Of a DNA stretch of 64,000 nt, positions 47,758 to 56,664 are shown one piece after another (position 1 is the first letter of the stretch; each line of letters begins with the position of its first letter). The stretch is from positions 582,095 to 646,094 of the forward strand of contig OZ244977.1 of assembly GCA_965222995.1 (NCBI GenBank), read 5' to 3'. Source of the DNA: Bacteroidia bacterium (GTDB taxonomy: Bacteria; Bacteroidota; Bacteroidia; UBA8524). The notes under the pieces were generated by a model. It was given only the letters and a program-made list of their open reading frames with translations. It ran no database searches and had not been told where the DNA came from. Position numbers and translations under genes: made by a program.

Positions 47758-47810
47758 AATTTCGTTTTCAAATATAGTTAGGATTCCTAACTATATTTGA
47801 AAACGAAATT
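47758..47810. promoter_or_regulatory. 53-nt perfect palindrome (26-nt arms, 1-nt centre) 15 nt upstream of protoglobin start codon
   Basis: AATTTCGTTTTCAAATATAGTTAGGA-T-TCCTAACTATATTTGAAAACGAAATT, verified base by base. It is AT-rich and followed by TTTTTC on the plus strand. Confidence 0.55.
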
Positions 47811-47902
47811 TTTTCATCTTGAATATTACTAGCAAGAAAACTTAGTATAATAGTGGTTATAAGAGAGGTACAATTAATGAATACCTATGAAAAAATAACC
47901 TG

Positions 47903-48529
47903 CTACCGCTCTATCTTAAACTTAACTGTTAAAGAAAACAAATTGTTATATAAGCCAACCACTCTTTGCGATAGTGAATTATCTACAAAAACAGTACGCC
48001 AATCATCTCTGGCTTGTGAACGAATAGAGTATTGGTAGCGAAGCTGTACAGCCGTTTTTTCATTAATTTCATAAACTGCTCCCAATAAAAACTGGTTGTC
48101 GAATTTTTTAAACTGGTCTGTAAAATCTTGGTTACCCGTAAAGTCTTGTACTTCTGCTTTTAACAATACCCCACCCGCAAAACCAAACTGGAAACTAAAC
48201 TTTTTATATGTATATGCTGCAAATAAAGGAACCTCAATATAGTTTATTCTATACCTGTCAAAAGTTGATGAAGAATTGATAGTATCTTGGCTAGTAGTGC
48301 GCACTGCTCCCTTTTGTGAATATAAAAACTCTAACCCCCCACTCCATTTTTCATTAAAGGAGTAGCTAATCCAAAAACCACCGTTTAGCCCTACTTTGTT
48401 ATAACCCGATAGTCTATCACCATCTAGTTGAGAGAAATTTAAACCGCCTACGACTCCTCCATCAAACTTTTGGGCATTAACACCTAAAAAGCAAACAAGT
48501 GCAAAAAGTAACAGGCTTAGTTTTCTCAT
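47903..48529 (-). CDS. Small outer-membrane beta-barrel protein (OMP_b-brl/PorT-like)
   Basis: 208 aa with a signal peptide and alternating beta-strand pattern. It ends in an aromatic residue (F-x-I-E-R region). Its start overlaps the hutH stop (ATGA on the minus strand). Confidence 0.7.
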   Translation of the reverse strand: MRKLSLLLFALVCFLGVNAQKFDGGVVGGLNFSQLDGDRLSGYNKVGLNGGFWISYSFNEKWSGGLEFLYSQKGAVRTTSQDTINSSSTFDRYRINYIEVPLFAAYTYKKFSFQFGFAGGVLLKAEVQDFTGNQDFTDQFKKFDNQFLLGAVYEINEKTAVQLRYQYSIRSQARDDWRTVFVDNSLSQRVVGLYNNLFSLTVKFKIER

Positions 48530-50001
48530 TTCTGCATAAATTTAATACTAGCTTCTATATGTGAGTGCATGTAGGTATCATTAGTAATAAAAGGAACTAC
48601 CTGGCGGTAGTGCTCTCTTAGTTTTTCTATTTGGGTTGATGATTTTATGTCTTTTCTAAAATCTAAAGCTTGCATAGCAGTAAATAACTCAATAGCTAAA
48701 ATACGCTCTACATTTTGCACCACTTTAAATGCCTTGGTAGCAGCATTTGCCCCCATACTTACATGGTCTTCTTGCCCGTTTGATGAGGTAATACTATCTA
48801 TAGATGCTGGGGTACAATATTGTTTGTTTTGGCTCACCATACTGGCGGCAGTGTATTGCGGTATCATAAAACCCGAATTAACCCCGGGATTAGCTACTAA
48901 AAATTCAGGCAAACCCCGCTGACCGCTTACTAACAGATAAGTTCTTCGTTCTGATATATTACCTAACTCTGCCGTTGCTATTGCTAAATAATCTAATGGT
49001 AATGCAATGGGTTGCCCGTGGAAGTTACCCCCCGAAAGTGTGTCGCCCTCATCAGGGAAAATCAGGGGGTTATCTGTTACACTATTAATTTCTGTATGAA
49101 TGGCTTGTTTTATATAGGCTAAGGCATCTTTACTAGCACCATGTACTTGTGGCATGCAACGGAAAGAGTAGGGGTCTTGCACTGCTTTACCTTCTTGTTT
49201 TACAATTTCACTGTCTATTAATAACTCACCAAAATAGGTAGCAGTATGCATATGCCCCTCATGTGGGCGAATACGGGCTATGCGCTTATCAAATGCCTTT
49301 AAGTTACCGTTAAAGGCTTCAAAACTAACAGCGCCAATAGTATCTGCCCAAAGGGTAAGCTGCTGAGCTTTTAAAACAGTGTAGCAACCGTAGGCACTCA
49401 TAAATTGTGTACCGTTTATTAGCCCTATACCTTCTTTTGCCTGTAGCACTATATTGGGTTTACCTACTATTTTATTAGCCTCGCTACCGTGTAGTTTTTT
49501 CCCTTTATGATAGATTTCACCTTCACCTAAAAGGGGTAAACTTAGGTGGGCCAGAGGTGCTAAATCTCCCGATGCACCTAAACTACCTTGCTGGTACACC
49601 ACGGGAGTAATATCGTGATTGAAATAATCTATAAGCCGTTGTACTGTTTCCAATTGCACGCCCGAATACCCGTAACTAAGCGACTGTGCTTTTAGCACCA
49701 ACATTAGTTTTACAATTTCTTGAGGAACTTCATCCCCTGTTCCACAAGCATGAGATACAAGCAGGTTGTATTGCAGTTGATTTAGCTCATCATTACTAAT
49801 TTGGTTTTTATACAGCGAGCCAAAACCTGTATTGATACCGTAGATAGGCTTATCGTTATTTTTAAGTTTGTTTTCTAAAAACTCACGGCTTTTGGTTATA
49901 CGTGCTGTTGCCGCTTTTGATAACTCTACTTGTGCCCCCTCTTGTTGCAGGGTGTATATATTTTCTAAGGTTAAAAATTTATCTATTTGGTGTTTGCTCA
50001 C
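48526..50001 (-). CDS. hutH: Histidine ammonia-lyase
   Basis: 491 aa with the MIO-forming motif GSLGASGDLAPLAHL and the overall HAL/PAL signature. Confidence 0.93.
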   Translation of the reverse strand: MSKHQIDKFLTLENIYTLQQEGAQVELSKAATARITKSREFLENKLKNNDKPIYGINTGFGSLYKNQISNDELNQLQYNLLVSHACGTGDEVPQEIVKLMLVLKAQSLSYGYSGVQLETVQRLIDYFNHDITPVVYQQGSLGASGDLAPLAHLSLPLLGEGEIYHKGKKLHGSEANKIVGKPNIVLQAKEGIGLINGTQFMSAYGCYTVLKAQQLTLWADTIGAVSFEAFNGNLKAFDKRIARIRPHEGHMHTATYFGELLIDSEIVKQEGKAVQDPYSFRCMPQVHGASKDALAYIKQAIHTEINSVTDNPLIFPDEGDTLSGGNFHGQPIALPLDYLAIATAELGNISERRTYLLVSGQRGLPEFLVANPGVNSGFMIPQYTAASMVSQNKQYCTPASIDSITSSNGQEDHVSMGANAATKAFKVVQNVERILAIELFTAMQALDFRKDIKSSTQIEKLREHYRQVVPFITNDTYMHSHIEASIKFMQK

Positions 50002-50124
50002 GGTGCTTTGGTTGTTAGTTCTTAGTTACTTGTTATTAGGTTATAGTTCTGTGTTTTGAGTTTAAAGTTTCAGGTTCAATGTTAAATGTCCTTTATACCT
50101 TATACTTACTACCTTCTACTATTT

Positions 50125-51501
50125 TCAATTCTTAATTAAGGCAATAGCTTCATCAATGGTATAGCTGCCTTGCTCTCCGCTTTTTAGGTTTTTTAGGGTA
50201 AGCTGCCCGCTTTCCATTTCGCTTTCACCAATAATTACAGCAAAAGGTATTTGGTTTTTATTAGCAAAATCTAGCTGTTTTTTTAGCTTGGCATTAGTGG
50301 GATAAATTTCTGTATTTATACCCGCTTGTCTTGCTTTTACAGCTAAAGGAATGGCATAATCAATACCTTCACTTGTCATGCAGCAAAATAGCAGTTGCGT
50401 AAAATTACCATTTTGTTGCGGGAAGAGGTTTAGGGCATCCATTACATCGTAAATTCTATCTGCCCCAAAAGAAATGCCCACACCGGAAACTCCTTTCAAT
50501 CCGAAAATCCCCGTAAGGTCGTCATACCGTCCACCACCACCAATGCTCCCCATTGGGGTATCGTTGGCAGTGACTTCAAAAATGGCTCCCGTATAGTAGT
50601 TTAATCCTCGCGCGAGGGTAAGGTCAAGGTTCAGTTTAGTAAAGTCAAAGTTGGTTGCTTGTAAATATTTCCAAACCGTTTCCAGTTCTTCAATCCCTTT
50701 TTTACCGTCTTCACTAGTTTCTAGAGTTGTTTTAAGATAGGCTAATGTGGCTGTATTATCTCCCTTAAAGTTTATAATTTCTATAGCTTTTTTGGCTTGC
50801 TCATTAGTAAAACCTTTTTCTAAAAGTTCTTTTTCTACACCCTCAGCACCAATTTTATCCAACTTATCAATAGCTACTGTTAAAGGAGTAAGTTTATCTT
50901 CAACACCAATAGCTTGGGCAATGCCCATAAGTACTTTGCGGTTGTTAATTTTTATGGTAACGTTTATGCCCAGCTGCTCAAAAGCTTCGGCATAAATCAT
51001 TACTAAATCAGCTTCATTTAAAAGAGAGTCAGAGCCGATAATATCGGCATCGCATTGATAAAACTCACGGTAACGCCCTTTTTGGGGTCTATCAGCACGC
51101 CAAACGGGCTGCATTTGGTAGCGGCGGAAAGGGAAAGTAATATGAGTTTGGTTCATCACTACATAGCGGGCAATAGGTACGGTAAGGTCATAACGTAAGC
51201 CTTTTTCACTTATTTGTGATATCAGCTTATTGCTGTTGCGTTCATTCCAATCTTGTTCTTTTGCTTTTTTTGCGAAATCGCCTGAGTTAAGCACTTTGAA
51301 TAATAGAGTATCACCTTCGTCGCCATATTTACCCGTAAGGGTATTCAAGTTTTCCATACTTGGTGTTTCTATAGGCATAAAGCCATAGCGTTGAAACACC
51401 TGCTCTATAGTATTGAAAATATAGCGGCGGCGGGCGACTTCAATAGGTGAGAAGTCTCGGGTTCCTTTAGGTATTGATGGTTTTTGCATTACTCTGGGCA
51501 A
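50125..51501 (-). CDS. hisS: Histidine--tRNA ligase
   Basis: Class II aaRS motifs (GTRDF, RYDLTVP, FYQCDADIIG, GGGRYD) and a C-terminal anticodon-binding domain. The start could alternatively be at M5. Confidence 0.93.
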   Translation of the reverse strand: MPRVMQKPSIPKGTRDFSPIEVARRRYIFNTIEQVFQRYGFMPIETPSMENLNTLTGKYGDEGDTLLFKVLNSGDFAKKAKEQDWNERNSNKLISQISEKGLRYDLTVPIARYVVMNQTHITFPFRRYQMQPVWRADRPQKGRYREFYQCDADIIGSDSLLNEADLVMIYAEAFEQLGINVTIKINNRKVLMGIAQAIGVEDKLTPLTVAIDKLDKIGAEGVEKELLEKGFTNEQAKKAIEIINFKGDNTATLAYLKTTLETSEDGKKGIEELETVWKYLQATNFDFTKLNLDLTLARGLNYYTGAIFEVTANDTPMGSIGGGGRYDDLTGIFGLKGVSGVGISFGADRIYDVMDALNLFPQQNGNFTQLLFCCMTSEGIDYAIPLAVKARQAGINTEIYPTNAKLKKQLDFANKNQIPFAVIIGESEMESGQLTLKNLKSGEQGSYTIDEAIALIKN

Positions 51502-51634
51502 AAGTAATTAAATTTGATTGTTGGCGTTTTATACTTACCGTTGAATATATTTTCGTATAAAATTATCGAAATATTTTTCTTATTTCGGTTGAAATAAGTA
51601 TAATTATTTATCAATTCATTTAAAATTTTAGACT

Positions 51635-52123
51635 ATGAAAAAAATTGCATTAATCACTTTAATTTCATTTTTCAGTATCACATACTCTTATGCGTGGGTC
51701 AAAACTACTACTACAAAGACGAATGGAGGGCTGTTCGGGTATTCTTCTATTCAAGAACAATTAAGTGGACCCCCTACTTCTACAAACTGCACTTTTACTT
51801 TAAAATGTTGGGACCCAGGGTGGACAAAATGTAAATTTATTTATTATGATATTGCCAGTACATCTCAATATGGTTGTCAGTCGATTGTGATAAATAACCA
51901 AGGAGATGATGATTGGTGGGATGTTTTAAATGATGATATTAATAATCAAATTACTAATGGTCATTCAAGCGGTACTTTTGTGAGACAGGATATACAAATA
52001 ACACACCCCACAACTAACAACCTTGAAAATGCAGTAGTAACTTGGTCTTACTCTAGCTCTAATGATATTCTTGAAATGACGGTTTACAGTTATGGAGAAG
52101 CACAAGGTTTGGGAGTCATTTAA
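51635..52123 (+). CDS. Small secreted 4-Cys protein, paralog A
   Basis: 162 aa with a signal peptide. Cys spacing is C-x5-C-x7-C-x16-C. It shares the block SGTFVRQDIQITHPTTNN with paralog B. Confidence 0.6.
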   Translation: MKKIALITLISFFSITYSYAWVKTTTTKTNGGLFGYSSIQEQLSGPPTSTNCTFTLKCWDPGWTKCKFIYYDIASTSQYGCQSIVINNQGDDDWWDVLNDDINNQITNGHSSGTFVRQDIQITHPTTNNLENAVVTWSYSSSNDILEMTVYSYGEAQGLGVI

Positions 52124-52150
52124 AGTAAAAACTATCAAAACAATATAATT

Positions 52151-52633
52151 ATGAAAAAAGTAATAACATTAGTAACCGTTTCCCTAATATTTTTGGGTGA
52201 AGCAAATGCTTGGATAAAAATAAATTATCAAAAAGATAGGTGGAGACTTTTTGGGTATAAAAATGTACAAGAGAATTTTTCAAAATCAGGGACAAACTGT
52301 TCTTTTAGCTTGAACTGTAATAATCCTGGATTAAGCAGATGTAAATTTACTACTTATGACATTGAAAATCCTTCCTTATATGGCTGCCAAGCCATTGTAG
52401 TTAATAATTCCAGCGATAATGATTGGGCAGGAGTGTTAGATACTGATATAAAGGCTCAAATTGCAAATGGTAATAACAGTGGAACATTTGTTAGACAAGA
52501 TATACAAATAACGCATCCAACAACCAATAATTCAGAAAATGCGGTTGCGGTATGGTCTTATACTGCTGCCACAGATATAATAGAAATTTATATTTATAGC
52601 TACAATGAGGCTGTTGAGTTAGATATTATATGA
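52151..52633 (+). CDS. Small secreted 4-Cys protein, paralog B
   Basis: 160 aa with the same Cys spacing and the identical 18-aa block. Many synonymous differences at the nucleotide level indicate an old duplication kept under selection. The TGA stop overlaps the next ATG. Confidence 0.6.
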   Translation: MKKVITLVTVSLIFLGEANAWIKINYQKDRWRLFGYKNVQENFSKSGTNCSFSLNCNNPGLSRCKFTTYDIENPSLYGCQAIVVNNSSDNDWAGVLDTDIKAQIANGNNSGTFVRQDIQITHPTTNNSENAVAVWSYTAATDIIEIYIYSYNEAVELDII

Positions 52634-53844
52634 AAGGATTAATATTTTTAATAACGCTACGGTTAGTCTTTATAACTGTAGCGTTATTGTATTCGGTTAG
52701 TTGTTTTTCTCAAGGCTGCCATGAAACAGAATTTTCAGATTTTTCAGTTTTAGGATATAAAGGCAACCCCTTTAATGAGAACTATATTATTAGACAAAAA
52801 GGAGATAAAATTTATGCTGTGAAAACAGGTAATACTGCTTTTCTTATACAAAGTATTAGAGAGTTTGATACATTATGGGTTTATAATATAAAAACGAAAA
52901 ATATTAGTTTTTTCAAAGTGTCTAGTCAAGACATGAAGAGGAAGTTTAAAAACGATACTGGTAAAGATTTTTATATTAGTAATGACGGCAAACTTTATGT
53001 TCAGACTTATAGGTCAATTCACATTTACATTAAAAATGATAATGGTTTCAATTTTTTTAAATCAATAAAACCAAAATTTTCTTACTCATATATTTTAGGC
53101 GAAATTGGAAAGTTTCTGATATTATATGAAGGTTATAATTATCACCCTTTAGACCAAAGAGAAAAGGTTATTATCTCAAAGTTTTCTACAGTGAGTGATA
53201 AAGTTGTGAAGTCTATTTACCCCAAAATGCTTGGGGTTGAGTTAACCCACTCAAATAAACGCTTTTGTGATATATATAAAAATACTATTCTTTTTGCACA
53301 GCCCTTTAGCGATACTATTTGCATTTATAACAGTGAGTTGGAACGTATTGGCAATATTGAACTTAAACACAAAGTTGACTCTACAATAAAGATAAACTAT
53401 AAAGAATATAGCACCGACCAAATACAGAAACTATTAATGGAGGATTATCTGTATAAAAGGAACATTAAAGTTGATGTATTTGGAGATACTTTATTAGTTC
53501 TTTTTAAAAAGAAGTTTCAAAACTTTAGGGGTAGTGTTTGGTTTGATGTATACACTCATAAAAACAACACTTGGCAGTTAACAGATACTTCAAAGTTTAT
53601 ATCGTTTACGTTTGACAGTACTAAGAAGGTAACACCAACAACTACCTATGTGCCTTACATTATAGATAATAACCAAATTATAGTATATGAAGGTAATATG
53701 TATGAACTAATTAATAAGCATATTGAAATAGGAAAACCCATTTCATATAAAGAATATAACAACCTTGTTGATGTAGCATTTTATGAAAATACTTTTAAAG
53801 TAGCATTGCAAAAGCAGCCTTTAAAGTGTTTATTAAATCCTTAA
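52630..53844 (+). CDS. Hypothetical membrane-anchored or secreted protein (404 aa), translationally coupled to paralog B
   Basis: N-terminal hydrophobic segment LIFLITLRLVFITVALLYSV. The body is rich in Y/K/N/F. No motif I can assign. Confidence 0.5.
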   Translation: MKGLIFLITLRLVFITVALLYSVSCFSQGCHETEFSDFSVLGYKGNPFNENYIIRQKGDKIYAVKTGNTAFLIQSIREFDTLWVYNIKTKNISFFKVSSQDMKRKFKNDTGKDFYISNDGKLYVQTYRSIHIYIKNDNGFNFFKSIKPKFSYSYILGEIGKFLILYEGYNYHPLDQREKVIISKFSTVSDKVVKSIYPKMLGVELTHSNKRFCDIYKNTILFAQPFSDTICIYNSELERIGNIELKHKVDSTIKINYKEYSTDQIQKLLMEDYLYKRNIKVDVFGDTLLVLFKKKFQNFRGSVWFDVYTHKNNTWQLTDTSKFISFTFDSTKKVTPTTTYVPYIIDNNQIIVYEGNMYELINKHIEIGKPISYKEYNNLVDVAFYENTFKVALQKQPLKCLLNP

Positions 53845-53942
53845 TTATAAATCAATTGAAAAAGTAATTAAATTTGATACTAACATTTTGGCATCTAATG
53901 ATGTCTTATAGAAAAAGACTTAATTTATACTCAATAATAAAA

Positions 53943-54812
53943 ATGAAAAAAGTATTACTTAGTGCATTTGCTATAATGCTAATTTTCTCAGCTTGTAAGC
54001 CGGAAGACAACACAGTTGAGCCTACTACAACACCAGACCCAAATAATGGAGGTGGTAATGAACCACAAGAAATTGTAGTACCTGAAGTTAACATGTCTAT
54101 GGTAACTAAAGTAACAGGGTCTCTTTGCCCTCCTTGCGGAAGTTGGGGATGGACTGCTTTTGAAAGCCTAATTAACACGAATAAAGATGATGCATTTTTT
54201 GTAGGGGCTTATAGTGATAACTACGTAGCCAGATTGTTTATTACTGATGAGGCAGAAACTATGGAACGTGCTTGGGGAGTTACGGGTTTCCCAACATTTG
54301 CAGCCAATGGAATGCCTCAACTAGACCGTAATAGTGGAGTGAATGTTCAAAGCGAAATTAGTAAAACCAATGCTGTTGTAGCTTCACACAAATCAGGTGA
54401 AGTATTTGTGAATAGTGGCTTCCGTACTAGTGTTGATGCTAATAATATGATGACTATTGAAACCAAAACTAAATTTTTCAAAGATGTAGGCGGTGATGTT
54501 TTTGTTGCTGTTTATGTTATTGAAGACAAAGTTATTGGTGCCCAAAGCGGTCATCCTGATGGTGCTAATGCTTCTCACCACTATGTATTACGTGGTGCTG
54601 CTAAACTGGATGGTGCTGCAAAAGCTGAGACATGGGGATACCAAATAGGTAACCCGGGTACTACTATTACTCCTGCAAATACTGAAGTAGAAAACACTTT
54701 TACTATTGATGTAAGCGGATACGACCAAGCTAATACATCCGTAGCAGTTGTTGTTTATAGAAAAGTAGGTGTGCGTTACCAATTTTTAAATGCGTATAGC
54801 AATCAAAAATAA
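53943..54812 (+). CDS. Lipoprotein with thioredoxin-like features (CPPC motif + GFPT cis-Pro-like loop)
   Basis: The start at 53943 gives MKKVLLSAFAIMLIFSAC. The motif SLCPPCGSWGW is followed ~60 aa later by VTGFPTF. It has a ~150-aa C-terminal extension. Confidence 0.55.
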   Translation: MKKVLLSAFAIMLIFSACKPEDNTVEPTTTPDPNNGGGNEPQEIVVPEVNMSMVTKVTGSLCPPCGSWGWTAFESLINTNKDDAFFVGAYSDNYVARLFITDEAETMERAWGVTGFPTFAANGMPQLDRNSGVNVQSEISKTNAVVASHKSGEVFVNSGFRTSVDANNMMTIETKTKFFKDVGGDVFVAVYVIEDKVIGAQSGHPDGANASHHYVLRGAAKLDGAAKAETWGYQIGNPGTTITPANTEVENTFTIDVSGYDQANTSVAVVVYRKVGVRYQFLNAYSNQK

Positions 54813-54834
54813 AAATCATAAAAACAATAAATTA

Positions 54835-54861
54835 AGCCTCGCCTACAGCGGGGCTTTTTTT
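54835..54861 (+). terminator. Intrinsic terminator ending the four-gene cassette
   Basis: AGCCTCGC-ctaca-GCGGGGCT (8 bp with one G-U pair) followed by T7. Confidence 0.6.
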
Positions 54862-54885
54862 GTACATTGGTGTAGGAGCAATACC

Positions 54886-54893
54886 TATCTTTG
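54886..54893 (+). promoter_or_regulatory. -7 promoter element TATCTTTG upstream of glycosyltransferase gene
   Basis: TAnnTTTG lies 27 nt upstream of the start codon at 54920 (apparently TTG). Confidence 0.4.
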
Positions 54894-54919
54894 TGCGCTG
54901 AAAAATCAGGATTTGTGTT

Positions 54920-56659
54920 TTGAATAGAGTAGCAAAATCTCTCCCTTTTGTAATTTTAATATTAGTTTACATTCTAGCTCTTTTTATCGATGTAATGGAC
55001 GTTGATTCATCTCAGTATGCTGCTATGGCTATGGAGATGGTACAAAACAACAGCTATTTAGAGATTACTGACCAAGGAAGAAATTATTTAGATAAGCCCC
55101 CATTATTATTTTGGCTTTCAGCATTCTCATATCAATTATTTGGTATGAGCAATGCAACTTTCAAATTGCCTTCTATGCTATTTGCATTGTTGGGAATATT
55201 ATCTACCTATAGACTGGCAAAGCTGTACTATGGTGAAAAAGTTAGCTATTGGGCAGCACTGATTGTGGGTAGTACGCAAGCCTTTTTTTTAATGGTAAAT
55301 GATGTGCGTACCGACCTGATGCTTACCGGGGCTGTAATTTTTGCCGTTTGGCAAATAGCTGAATATATTGAGAAAAAGCAGTGGTATAATTTTGTTTTGG
55401 GCTTTGTGGGGATAGGGTTGGCTATGTTGGCAAAAGGGCCTATTGGCTTGGTGTTACTGGCTATGGCATTGGGCATACATTTGGTTTTGTTAAGAGATTG
55501 GAAAACTATTTTTAAGTGGCAATGGCTGGCTGGGTTGGTTATAATAGGTATTGTTTTGCTGCCTATGATGATAGGACTTTACACTCAGTATGATAGTAAC
55601 CCAACGGTTGAAGTTAATGGAAAAGTAGGAGAATCAGGCTTGAAATTTTATTTCTGGACACAAAGCTTCGGACGGATAACGGGTGAAAATGTGTGGGATA
55701 ATAATGCAGGACCTCTATTTTTAACCGAGTCAACTTTATGGGCTTTTTTACCGTGGACAATCCTTCTTTTTTCAGCGTGGATAGGTGGCTGGTTTAAAAT
55801 TATAAAAGCAAAGTTTAAAATTGAAAAAGGGCAGGAGGCAATAACTATCGGCACGTTTACTTTTGCATTGTTGGCTTTAAGTAAAAGCAGCTATCAGCTA
55901 CCTCACTACATATTTGTAGCCTATCCTTTTGCAGCTATTTTCACAGCCAAGTGGGCTATTTGTGTTTTAGAGCATAGTTGGCAATGGGCTAAAAATACCA
56001 TTAAAATAACACAAATAATTATCTCTATTCTGATATGGGGAGCTATAGCCGGATTATTTTATGTTTTTGCTCCCAGTAATGTATTATTACCAGCCATATT
56101 AGTGGTGGGACTAATAATGGTACTATATTATTTGGCTAAAAATTTCAATAAACCCACAGCGGTGTTACAAGCAAGCTTCATTAGCATTTGCTTTTTTAAC
56201 CTAGCAATGAATACCCATTTTTACCCCAAGCTTTTAAATTATCAGGCGTTTAGTGTTGGAGGCAAGTATATAAACAGCAAAGTTTCTGATGAAAAAATAA
56301 ACAACGAGAACTTTATTATATTTCCTATGGGTGCAGCACACTCACTTGATTTTTATACAGGTTGGATAGTCCGAAGTATATGGAGTGAGCATTATTTTAG
56401 CAATTTTAAAAATGGTGATATAGTGTGGGTATATACTAACGAGAAAGGTAAAGAAAGACTAAAAAAACAATTGCCTGAATATGAAATTGTTGAGGATAAG
56501 CACATGCACTTTTATAAACCTGCAGAGTTACGTATTGAGTTTTTAAACCCTGAAACCAGAATAAATACCTTAAAGAACCACTACATTTTAAAAGTAAAAA
56601 TTAAACAGCAAGAAAAAGTTGATTTTTCTAAATTCTTGGTGCAGAAAAAATACAATTAG
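54920..56659 (+). CDS. ArnT/PMT-like (GT39/GT83 family) membrane glycosyltransferase
   Basis: 579 aa with ~12 predicted TM helices. The first periplasmic loop has YLDKPPLLFWLSA (DxP-like motif). Confidence 0.8.
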   Translation: MNRVAKSLPFVILILVYILALFIDVMDVDSSQYAAMAMEMVQNNSYLEITDQGRNYLDKPPLLFWLSAFSYQLFGMSNATFKLPSMLFALLGILSTYRLAKLYYGEKVSYWAALIVGSTQAFFLMVNDVRTDLMLTGAVIFAVWQIAEYIEKKQWYNFVLGFVGIGLAMLAKGPIGLVLLAMALGIHLVLLRDWKTIFKWQWLAGLVIIGIVLLPMMIGLYTQYDSNPTVEVNGKVGESGLKFYFWTQSFGRITGENVWDNNAGPLFLTESTLWAFLPWTILLFSAWIGGWFKIIKAKFKIEKGQEAITIGTFTFALLALSKSSYQLPHYIFVAYPFAAIFTAKWAICVLEHSWQWAKNTIKITQIIISILIWGAIAGLFYVFAPSNVLLPAILVVGLIMVLYYLAKNFNKPTAVLQASFISICFFNLAMNTHFYPKLLNYQAFSVGGKYINSKVSDEKINNENFIIFPMGAAHSLDFYTGWIVRSIWSEHYFSNFKNGDIVWVYTNEKGKERLKKQLPEYEIVEDKHMHFYKPAELRIEFLNPETRINTLKNHYILKVKIKQQEKVDFSKFLVQKKYN

Positions 56660-56664
56660 CTTTA

